24,000 nucleotides of DNA from Nitrospirota bacterium (GTDB taxonomy: Bacteria > Nitrospirota > Thermodesulfovibrionia > Thermodesulfovibrionales > JdFR-85): assembly GCA_011321725.1 (NCBI GenBank), contig DROX01000070.1, positions 7,189 to 31,188 on the forward strand. Direction: 5' to 3'. Below, piece after piece: positions 14,104-21,547 of the stretch. Both the position numbers and the translations under genes were made by a program. Under the pieces are notes generated by a model. It searched no databases. It worked only from the letters and a program-made list of their open reading frames with translations, and was not told the DNA's origin. Positions within the stretch are counted from its first letter, which is position 1, and each line of letters opens with the position of its first letter.

Positions 14104-15524
14104 GCAGGAAGATGATTCCCGAGAGGACCCCCATGCCTGAACAACCCCCTGAGAAGAGGAGACGTAACTTTCAGGAGGTTGCACTTGGCTATACTCCTGA
14201 GATGGCACAGAGGGAGGCATCAAGGTGTCTCCAATGTAAAAAGCCGGGTTGTGTGGAGGGCTGTCCCGTGCATGTACCCATCCCGGAGTTTATTTCTCAT
14301 GTAAAAGAGGGCTTTTTTATTGAGGCATGCAGAAAGATAAAAGAGGTCAATCTCATGCCTGGCGTCTGCGGAAGGGTCTGCCCTCAGGAGAGGCAGTGTG
14401 AGGCAGGATGTCTATTAGGGAAAAAACACGAGCCTGTAGCCATAGGAAGGCTTGAGCGTTTTGTGGCTGACTGGGATATGAAAGAAGGGGGAAATGGTAT
14501 GGTCAGTGCTGAACCCTCCACTGGCAAAAGGATTGCCATTGTAGGTAGTGGTCCTTCAGGGCTTAGCTGTGCCTATGACCTTGCAAGAATGGGACATGAG
14601 GTTACCATCTTTGAGGCCCTTCATGAGCCTGGCGGGGTGCTGGTGTATGGTATCCCTGAATTCAGGCTCCCGAAGGCTATCGTGGCTCAGGAGATAAAGG
14701 GTCTGAAAGAGCTTGGTGTGGAGATTATAACGAATGCAGTAGTTGGAAAGCTGATTGACTTTGAGGAAATAATGGCTGAATTTGATGCATGCTTTATTGG
14801 CACAGGTGCCGGTGTTCCTCGCTTCATGGGCATAGATGGAGAAGAACTGAATGGTGTCTATTCGGCAAACGAGTTTCTCACAAGGGTAAATCTCATGAGG
14901 GCCTATGATTTTCCCGAATATGATACACCTGTAAAGAGGGGCTCAAGGGTGGCTGTTGTGGGTGGTGGCAATGTGGCAATGGATGCTGTGAGAACGGCCC
15001 TGAGGCTTGGCGCCATGGAGGCAATTATCATCTACAGGCGCTCAATGACAGAGCTGCCCGCAAGGCATGAGGAGGTAGGCCATGCAGTTGAGGAGGGGGT
15101 GAGGTTTGAGCTATGTAGCTGTCCTGTAAGAATAATGGGTGAGGATGGCTGGGTTAAAGAGATAGAATGTGTGAGGATGGATCTATGCGGGATTGACGAG
15201 TCAGGCAGGCGCAGGCCTGTCCCCGTAGAGGGTTCGGAGTTCACTATTGCAGCTGATATTGTGATTGTAGCAATAGGCACTGAGGCGAATCCCCTTCTCC
15301 TTGAACATATCCAGGGGCTTGAGCTTAACAAAAGAGGTTATATCTCTGTTGACGAGGAGACAGGGATGACAAACATAGAGGGTCTCTTTGCAGGTGGAGA
15401 TATTGTGACTGGCTCTGCTACGGTTATCTCAGCCATGGGTGCAGGGAGAAAGGCTGCAAGGGCGATTGATGGTTACCTCAAGAATAGGGTGGGTAAGAGA
15501 AGGAGAGGTGGGGTGCGGAGATAG
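14100..15524 (+). CDS. nfnB: NfnB/SudA/GltD-type NAD(P)H-dependent oxidoreductase subunit (2x 4Fe-4S, FAD)
   Basis: Motifs CLQCKKPGCVEGCP and CGRVCPQERQCEAGC, with dinucleotide folds IVGSGPSGLSCA and VVGGGNVAMD. Preferred start is the ATG at 14100, which forms a 4-nt ATGA overlap with the nfnA stop (14101-14103) and has GGTGGA upstream. The ORF-track start at 14064 would overlap nfnA by 40 nt. Confidence 0.8.
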   Translation: MSRKMIPERTPMPEQPPEKRRRNFQEVALGYTPEMAQREASRCLQCKKPGCVEGCPVHVPIPEFISHVKEGFFIEACRKIKEVNLMPGVCGRVCPQERQCEAGCLLGKKHEPVAIGRLERFVADWDMKEGGNGMVSAEPSTGKRIAIVGSGPSGLSCAYDLARMGHEVTIFEALHEPGGVLVYGIPEFRLPKAIVAQEIKGLKELGVEIITNAVVGKLIDFEEIMAEFDACFIGTGAGVPRFMGIDGEELNGVYSANEFLTRVNLMRAYDFPEYDTPVKRGSRVAVVGGGNVAMDAVRTALRLGAMEAIIIYRRSMTELPARHEEVGHAVEEGVRFELCSCPVRIMGEDGWVKEIECVRMDLCGIDESGRRRPVPVEGSEFTIAADIVIVAIGTEANPLLLEHIQGLELNKRGYISVDEETGMTNIEGLFAGGDIVTGSATVISAMGAGRKAARAIDGYLKNRVGKRRRGGVRR

Positions 15525-15747
15525 TTGAAAATCCTGCGGTTATTCTTCAGGATTCCCTTGAAGAACAAGATCATTTTTGAAGGCTTTTCTTTAAATAAGA
15601 TTATAAAAAATTTTTACTTTACCTTGTTTTTCTTGTTATGGTAAACTTTAAATTCAAATTTTGTATGTGAAAAATAGTTACAAAATCCATATGCCTGTGT
15701 AAATCAGTAAAGAAAAAGAAAAGAAAAAATCCAGGAGAGGTGAAGTC

Positions 15748-16605
15748 ATGTTAATTATTGGTGAAAAGCTCAGCATTATTGCAAAGCGTGTGAGAGAGGC
15801 GATGATGAGTCGTGACAAGGGACCAATCCAGGAGATAGCACGGAAGCAGTACGAGGCGGGTGCCGGGATGATTGATGCCAATATAGGCCCTGCAGAGGAT
15901 GGTGGCGAGGAGCTGATGGAGTGGATGGTTACCACGATCCAGGAGGCGGTGCCCCTTCCGGTATGTCTTGATACAACAAATTATGCTGCAATAGAGGCTG
16001 GTCTCAAGGTGCACAACAATGACCACGGTATCGCCATGATAAACTCCACATCAAATGACCCTGAAAGATTTCCCATGCTTGAGCTTGCTGCAAAATACAA
16101 CTGTCTGATAATCGGTCTCACGGTGGGCAAAGGAGGGCTTCCTGCTGATGAAGAAGAACGTGCAGCCATTGCTGCGGAGATAATGGCAAGGGCCATGGAG
16201 TATGGCGTGCCCCTTGAAAACCTCTATCTTGACCCACTTGTACTTCAGATCGCCACAACACAGGATCAGGCCATTAAGGTAATCAGGGCTGTTGAGATGT
16301 TCCAGCAGCTGAATGACCCACCCATGAAGACAGTGGTTGGTTTGAGTAACATCTCAAATGGCTGCCCAAAACATATAAGACCCATACTTAATAAATATTA
16401 CTTCCTGATGCTTGAACGTGTGGGGCTTACCGCAGCCATAGCTGACCCTGTGGAGATGAAGGAGGCCATGGAGGAGAAAGAGCTTTTTGAGAAGGTCCTC
16501 CAGGGCCAGGAGATAGATGACAAGGAGAAGATGAGAGTGATGAAAAAGACCATAGATGTGATAATGGGTAACACGCTTTATGCACACTCTTATCTGGAGA
16601 TGTAA
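15748..16605 (+). CDS. acsE: Methyltetrahydrofolate:corrinoid/iron-sulfur protein methyltransferase
   Basis: The N-terminus MLIIGEKL ... and motifs DANIGPA, CLDTTNYAAIEAGLK, MINS, LYLDPL and GLSNISNGCP closely parallel the Moorella AcsE pterin-binding TIM-barrel sequence as recalled. AGGAGAGG lies 7 nt before the ATG. Confidence 0.9.
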   Translation: MLIIGEKLSIIAKRVREAMMSRDKGPIQEIARKQYEAGAGMIDANIGPAEDGGEELMEWMVTTIQEAVPLPVCLDTTNYAAIEAGLKVHNNDHGIAMINSTSNDPERFPMLELAAKYNCLIIGLTVGKGGLPADEEERAAIAAEIMARAMEYGVPLENLYLDPLVLQIATTQDQAIKVIRAVEMFQQLNDPPMKTVVGLSNISNGCPKHIRPILNKYYFLMLERVGLTAAIADPVEMKEAMEEKELFEKVLQGQEIDDKEKMRVMKKTIDVIMGNTLYAHSYLEM

Positions 16606-16654
16606 CTTTCTGGGCTATCTTTTATAACAGAGTGGGGTGACTAAATCAGATTAG

Positions 16655-16707
16655 ATAAACGAAACAAACGAATAAACGAAATAAACCAAATAAACGAAAC
16701 AAACGAA
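16655..16707 (+). repeat. Six tandem 8-9-nt A/C-rich units in the acsE-acsD spacer
   Basis: The units are ATAAACGAA, ACAAACGAA, TAAACGAA, ATAAACCAA, ATAAACGAA and ACAAACGAA. The 18-mer ATAAACGAAACAAACGAA occurs identically at 16655-16672 and 16690-16707. The array ends 5 nt before the GGAGG SD (16713-16717) of acsD. Confidence 0.9.
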
Positions 16708-16723
16708 AGTATGGAGGTTTAAA

Positions 16724-17662
16724 ATGGCTTTTGCAGAACCAAAGGAGGCATTTCCGGGACAGGTGGTACCTGTCACAATAGGTTCAGAGATCCAGGAGAC
16801 CTTCGGGGGAGAGAATACCCTGCCCTTTCATAAATTTGAGGGCTCTGTTCCCAACCGTCCTTTGATCGCCTATGAGATACAGGACGTGCCACCAGAGGAC
16901 TGGCCCGAGACCGTCAGGAAGGTGTATGAAGGCGTCAGTGATGATCCCGTGAAGTGGGCCCGCTACTGCGAGGATGAACTAAAGGCCAGGTCTATTGCCC
17001 TCAGACTTGTGGGTACCCATCCTGACAGCAAGAACCTCTCGGCAGATGATGCAGCCACTGTGGTGAAAGGGGTGCTTGATGCTGTTAAGGTTCCTATCAT
17101 AATCATGGGCAGCAATCATGTTGAAAAGGACGCAGAGGTGCTTCCAAGGGTTGCAGAGGTTGCCAAGGGGCGCAACTGCATAATCGGAAAGGCCCAGGAG
17201 AAGAACTACAAAACCATTGCAGCAGCAGCAATGGCAAATGATCATAAGCTCATAGCTATGAGTGAGCTTGATATAAACCTTTCAAAACAGCTTAATATCC
17301 TTCTTACCCAGATGGGTTTCAGCAGGGAAAAGATAATAACAGACCCCATGTGTTCGGCCCTCGGCTACGGGCTTGAGTATACCTACTCAGTCATGGAGAG
17401 GATAAGGCTTGCCGCACTTGCCCAGAATGACGAGGTGATGCAGCCACCCATGCTCGGAGATGTTGGTATGTATGTCTGGAAGATAAAGGAGACCCAGGCA
17501 CCGGAGGATGTACTGCCTGAATGGGGCTCTCTTGAGGAGAGGGGTATCCTATGGGAGGCTATGACGGCCACAAGCCTGATGCTTGCAGGTGCAGAGCTTC
17601 TGATCATGCGTCACCCCAGGGCTGTGGAATATACTGAGAGGTTCATAGACGAGCTGATGTAA
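16724..17662 (+). CDS. acsD: Corrinoid iron-sulfur protein small subunit
   Basis: 312 aa. TLPFHKFEGSVPNRPLIAYEIQDV, NYKTIAAAAM, SELDINLSKQLNILL, YSVMERIRLAAL, ERGILWEAMTA and LIMRHP align with the recalled AcsD/CdhD pattern. Positioned between acsE and acsC. Confidence 0.88.
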   Translation: MAFAEPKEAFPGQVVPVTIGSEIQETFGGENTLPFHKFEGSVPNRPLIAYEIQDVPPEDWPETVRKVYEGVSDDPVKWARYCEDELKARSIALRLVGTHPDSKNLSADDAATVVKGVLDAVKVPIIIMGSNHVEKDAEVLPRVAEVAKGRNCIIGKAQEKNYKTIAAAAMANDHKLIAMSELDINLSKQLNILLTQMGFSREKIITDPMCSALGYGLEYTYSVMERIRLAALAQNDEVMQPPMLGDVGMYVWKIKETQAPEDVLPEWGSLEERGILWEAMTATSLMLAGAELLIMRHPRAVEYTERFIDELM

Positions 17663-17711
17663 CATCTGCCTATAACAGAACAAACAATAACCAACTTTTG
17701 GAGGTAATAAA

Positions 17712-19055
17712 ATGGCATTAACAGGAGTTGAGATATTCAAGCTTTTACCTAAAACGAACTGTAAAAAGTGTGGTTTTCCCACCTGCCTTGCCTTTGCTAT
17801 GAAGTTAGCCCAGCGGCAGGCCTCGCTGGATGCCTGTCCTGATGTCTCAGAGGAGGCAAAGAAGATACTTGGAGAGGCATCAGCGCCTCCCATCAGGCCC
17901 ATTACCTTTGGCACGGGAGACAAGGCAGTCAAGATGGGTGAGGAGACCGTGCTTTTCAGGCATGAAAAGAAGTTCGTCAATCCAAACGCCTTTGTGCTTG
18001 AGATAAAGGATACAGAGGACGATGCCACAGTGGATTCAAAGCTCAACGATGTACTTACATCGGAGATAAACAGGGTGGGACAGCTTCTCAGGATTGACGG
18101 AATCTGCATTACCAATGAATCAGGAGATGCAGGAAAACTGCAGAGCCTGGCAGAGAGGATAGCACAAAAGGCGCCAGAGGTGGCCGTGATGGTAAATACG
18201 GAGAATCCTGATGCTGCAGATGCTGCTCTGAAGCCCTTTTCAGGGAAAAACCCCATACTCTATGGGATAACAGAGGCCAATGCCGAGAAGATGGTGGAGA
18301 TCGCCAAGGCAAACAAGGCCATTGCAGGGATAAAGGCGCAGGGGCTTGAGGCTGCGGCAGCACTTACGGAGAAGGTCAAGGGGCTTGGTCTGGAGGATAT
18401 CGTGATAGATTCGGGGGCAAGGACAGCCTCAGAGATACTTGAACATAACACATACATAAGAAGGGCTGCCCTGAAGAAGAACTTCAAGCCCCTGGGGTAT
18501 CCTGTGATTAATTTCGTTCAGAGGGATGAACCCATGTATGAGGCCCTTGTGGCAGGGCTTGGTGTGTGCAAGTATGCCTCAATAGTTGTAATGAGCAGTG
18601 CCGAGAAATGGAAGAACCTTGCACTCTTTACCCTTCGGCAGAATATCTATACAGACCCTCAGGTGCCAATGCAGGTGGAGCAGAAGATATACAAGATCGG
18701 TGAGCCCACACCGGATTCGCCGTTGCTTATCACAACAAACTTCTCCCTTACCTACTTTATTGTCTCAGGAGAGGTGGAGAACTCAAAGGTGCCGGCCTAC
18801 CTTGCGGTTATGGACTGTGAGGGGCTTAGTGTATTAACCGCATGGGCTGCGGGTAAGTTTACAGGTTCAAAGATAGCCAACTTTATCAAGGAAAGTGGCA
18901 TTGAGAATGAGATAAAACACAGGGAACTGATAATCCCTGGTTATGTTGCCATCCTGAGCGGTGCCATTGAGGAAAAGCTTGAGGGCTGGAAGGTGACGGT
19001 AGGGCCAAGAGAAGCAAATGCACTGCCAGCATTTTTGAGGCAAAAGGTGGCCTGA
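17712..19055 (+). CDS. acsC: Corrinoid iron-sulfur protein large subunit
   Basis: 447 aa. The N-terminal 4Fe-4S motif is LPKTNCKKCGFPTCLAFAMKLA ... LDACP. The C-terminal corrinoid-binding part includes LLITTNFSLTYF and AYLAVMDCEGLSVLTAWAAGKF. GGAGG lies 7 nt before the ATG. Confidence 0.9.
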   Translation: MALTGVEIFKLLPKTNCKKCGFPTCLAFAMKLAQRQASLDACPDVSEEAKKILGEASAPPIRPITFGTGDKAVKMGEETVLFRHEKKFVNPNAFVLEIKDTEDDATVDSKLNDVLTSEINRVGQLLRIDGICITNESGDAGKLQSLAERIAQKAPEVAVMVNTENPDAADAALKPFSGKNPILYGITEANAEKMVEIAKANKAIAGIKAQGLEAAAALTEKVKGLGLEDIVIDSGARTASEILEHNTYIRRAALKKNFKPLGYPVINFVQRDEPMYEALVAGLGVCKYASIVVMSSAEKWKNLALFTLRQNIYTDPQVPMQVEQKIYKIGEPTPDSPLLITTNFSLTYFIVSGEVENSKVPAYLAVMDCEGLSVLTAWAAGKFTGSKIANFIKESGIENEIKHRELIIPGYVAILSGAIEEKLEGWKVTVGPREANALPAFLRQKVA

Positions 19056-19147
19056 AAAGTTCTTAATGTTGAGTGATGAGTATTGAATAGAAACCAAAGA
19101 GGATATGTTTCATCTCAGGAGGTTGCGATAGTGTAGCACGAAGGTGG

Positions 19148-19176
19148 TTGACTTGGTATGAGATAAAACGTATAAG
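19148..19176 (+). promoter_or_regulatory. Sigma-70-like promoter candidate inside the acs cluster, upstream of acsB
   Basis: TTGACT (19148-19153), an exact 17-nt spacer, then TATAAG (19171-19176). It lies in the 217-nt AT-rich acsC-acsB spacer. Confidence 0.45.
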
Positions 19177-19202
19177 TTATTTAAATAGATTAAAAATAGT
19201 GC

Positions 19203-19241
19203 TTGACTTTATAAACAAAAAACTATAAAAATTTTATAAAG
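19203..19241 (+). promoter_or_regulatory. Second TTGACT element embedded in a 9-bp inverted repeat, a candidate promoter plus operator
   Basis: TTGACT lies at 19203-19208. -10 options are TATAAA (19224-19229, 15-nt spacer) or TAAAAA (19226-19231, 17-nt spacer). CTTTATAAA (19207-19215) and TTTATAAAG (19233-19241) are exact reverse complements separated by 17 nt. Confidence 0.3.
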
Positions 19242-19272
19242 CGAAAAATCCTAAAAGAGACAGGAGGTTCAG

Positions 19273-21486
19273 ATGTCGAAGATAATAGCCTCGGCTGCTA
19301 TACGTGGCTCCCATAAAGTCTTCAAAGAGGCTGAGGAGTTGCTCCAGAAGGTCATTGCTGAAAAAGGAGAAGACTACGAGTTTGAGTTTCCCGATACAGC
19401 CTATTACCTGCCCATGATTTACGCCATCACCGGTTTTGCCGTAAAGACCCTTAAGGATATGAAGCAGGCCCTGAGGATGACAGAGTCCATGTTACAGGTT
19501 GAACCAGAGGATAAGGTGTGGAAACCCTACCTCGGTGAGGCCCTTGATAGCGGGATGGCCACTCTCTTTGCCGAGGAGATATGGCTTGCTCTCCGGTATA
19601 TTGAGGGGCTTGAGCCGGAGAAGGACCCTGTGACGGGTTACGAATACAACGGGTTTATAACGGATACGATCCAGCGTAACCTTGGTATCCAGCTTGTTGA
19701 TGGAAGGATGCCCGGTTTTGCTGCCATAATCGGTGCTGCACCTGATGAGGAGACAGCCCTTAAGATAGTCCGTGAGCTCCAGGAAAAGAACATCCTCGTC
19801 TTTCTCTCAGGCCAGGCAAAGGACAAGGAGGGTAAGGTCACCAGTGTGACCAGACAGCTACTAAACCAGGGGATAGAGCTTGGCTGGGATGTGTATGTGG
19901 TGCCCCTGGGGACCACAACAGAACATACCCTCTATGCCCTTGACTGGGCGATCAGGGCCTCCATGATATTTGGTGGGATGAAGCCAGGTGATTACAAGGG
20001 CAATCTCCGCTACACGAAGGACCGTGTCTTTGCCTTTGCCCTTGCCCTGGGAGAGATGGACGATATCAAGTGGGCCACCGGTGCTGGTGCCATCAATATG
20101 GGCTTTCCTGCCATATGTGATACAGATGTGCCCGTCATCCATCCTACCGGTGTTTGTACCTATGAGGAGGTGGAGAAGGAGCTTGACCATGACAAGATTG
20201 TGCAGAGGGCCATTGAGGTGCGTGGTCTGAAGGTTATCGTGGAGAAGCCACCTATACCTATCGCATATGGTTCTGCCTTTGAGGGTGAAAGGATTCGTAA
20301 GGAGGATACCTTTATTGAGTTTGGTGGTACACGCTCCCCAGCCTTTGAGTGGTGCAGGATGAGGGAGCTTGATGAGATAGAGGACGGAAAGATCATCATT
20401 GTTGGAGATGACTGGAAAGAAAGATATGAAAAAGGCGGTGTAATGCCCTTGGGAATCCTTGTTGAGGTGGCTGGAAGGAAGATGCAGCAGGACTTCCTTC
20501 CCATCATTGAACGGAGGCTCCACCATAACATAAACGAGGGCCAGGGTATCTGGCACATGGGCCAGAGGGATATCAACTGGATAAGGATTAGCCATGCTGC
20601 AAAACAGGCTGGATTCGGCCTTGAAGATATTGCAAAGATACACCATGCCATGACTCATAAACGTTTCAGCGCGATTGTTGACAAGGTTCAGGTGACTCTT
20701 TTTACCAACGAGGAGGATGTTATCAAATGGCGCGAGGAGGCAAGGCAGGAATGGAAGGCCAGGGATGAGCGTCTGGCTGCACTCACTGACGATACGGTGG
20801 ATACATTCTACAGCTGCCTGCTCTGTCAGAGCTTTGCACCAACCCATGTCTGTGTCATTACCCCGGAAAGGCTTGGTCTCTGCGGAGCCTACAACTGGCT
20901 TGATGGTAAGGCTGCCTATGAGATAGATCCAACAGGTGGCAACCAGCCTGTACCAAAGGGGCAGTTGATAGATGCACGTTATGGTCGTTACACGGGAGTG
21001 GATGAGTATCTGAAGAAGGCATCCGGTGGAGCAGTGGAGACACTGAATCTCTACACCATCATGGAAAACCCCATGACATCCTGTGGTTGCTTTGAGTGTA
21101 TTGTTGCCATAATACCAGAGGCAAATGGTGTGATGATTGTGCAGCGTGGTCATACGGGAATGACACCCATCGGGATGAAGTTCTCCACCCTTGCAGGTAC
21201 AGTTGGTGGTGGCGTGCAGACACCAGGTTTTATGGGGATCGGGGTGAACTTCATAACAAGCAAGAAGTTCCTTTACGGTGATGGTGGTATAAAGCGTATT
21301 GTCTGGATGACAAAGGCCTTGAAGGAACGTGTTAAAGAGAAGTTCCAGCAGAGGGCTGAAGAGGAAGGAGTGCCTGATTTGCTTGACAAGATTGCTGATG
21401 AGACGATCTGTGAGGACTCTGAGAAGCTCCTTGAGTGGCTGACCAAGGTGGGTCATCCAGCCCTTGAGATGGAGCCGATGATTTGA
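19273..21486 (+). CDS. acsB: Acetyl-CoA synthase (A-cluster subunit)
   Basis: 737 aa. Has N-terminal PDTAYYLP. The A-cluster cysteine spacing is as in Moorella AcsB: CLLCQSFAPTHVCVITPERLGLCGA (C-x2-C-x8-C-x9-C) and the Cys-Gly-Cys motif in TSCGCFE. AGGAGG lies 5 nt before the ATG. Confidence 0.95.
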   Translation: MSKIIASAAIRGSHKVFKEAEELLQKVIAEKGEDYEFEFPDTAYYLPMIYAITGFAVKTLKDMKQALRMTESMLQVEPEDKVWKPYLGEALDSGMATLFAEEIWLALRYIEGLEPEKDPVTGYEYNGFITDTIQRNLGIQLVDGRMPGFAAIIGAAPDEETALKIVRELQEKNILVFLSGQAKDKEGKVTSVTRQLLNQGIELGWDVYVVPLGTTTEHTLYALDWAIRASMIFGGMKPGDYKGNLRYTKDRVFAFALALGEMDDIKWATGAGAINMGFPAICDTDVPVIHPTGVCTYEEVEKELDHDKIVQRAIEVRGLKVIVEKPPIPIAYGSAFEGERIRKEDTFIEFGGTRSPAFEWCRMRELDEIEDGKIIIVGDDWKERYEKGGVMPLGILVEVAGRKMQQDFLPIIERRLHHNINEGQGIWHMGQRDINWIRISHAAKQAGFGLEDIAKIHHAMTHKRFSAIVDKVQVTLFTNEEDVIKWREEARQEWKARDERLAALTDDTVDTFYSCLLCQSFAPTHVCVITPERLGLCGAYNWLDGKAAYEIDPTGGNQPVPKGQLIDARYGRYTGVDEYLKKASGGAVETLNLYTIMENPMTSCGCFECIVAIIPEANGVMIVQRGHTGMTPIGMKFSTLAGTVGGGVQTPGFMGIGVNFITSKKFLYGDGGIKRIVWMTKALKERVKEKFQQRAEEEGVPDLLDKIADETICEDSEKLLEWLTKVGHPALEMEPMI

Positions 21487-21547
21487 TGTTTTAGATTTGA
21501 GTATTTAGTGTGAAGTGAGACACTAAAGATAAACTTGGAGGTTGAAA

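Noticed and set aside
15528-15556. A hairpin AATCCTG-N11-CAGGATT right after the nfnB stop, considered as an intrinsic terminator.
   Set aside because: The stem is only 7 bp with an 11-nt loop and no following U-tract, which is not convincing as a terminator. Whether nfnB and acsE are co-transcribed stays open.
15661-15683. A Rex-like operator upstream of acsE (TTGTATGTGAAAAATAGTTACAA).
   Set aside because: Only 5-bp arms (TTGTA/TACAA) are truly complementary. The TGTGAA half-site has no proper TTCACA partner at the canonical spacing. This is too weak in an AT-rich spacer.
19861-21456. A 531-aa ORF antisense to acsB. There are similar long antisense ORFs at 17549-18256, 13510-14223, 9466-10416 and 7572-8273.
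   Set aside because: Each lies entirely inside a sense gene with unmistakable family motifs. Their translations are low-complexity, rich in H, C, L and S, and show no recognisable motifs or SD sequences. They are most simply shadow ORFs produced by the codon bias of the sense frame.
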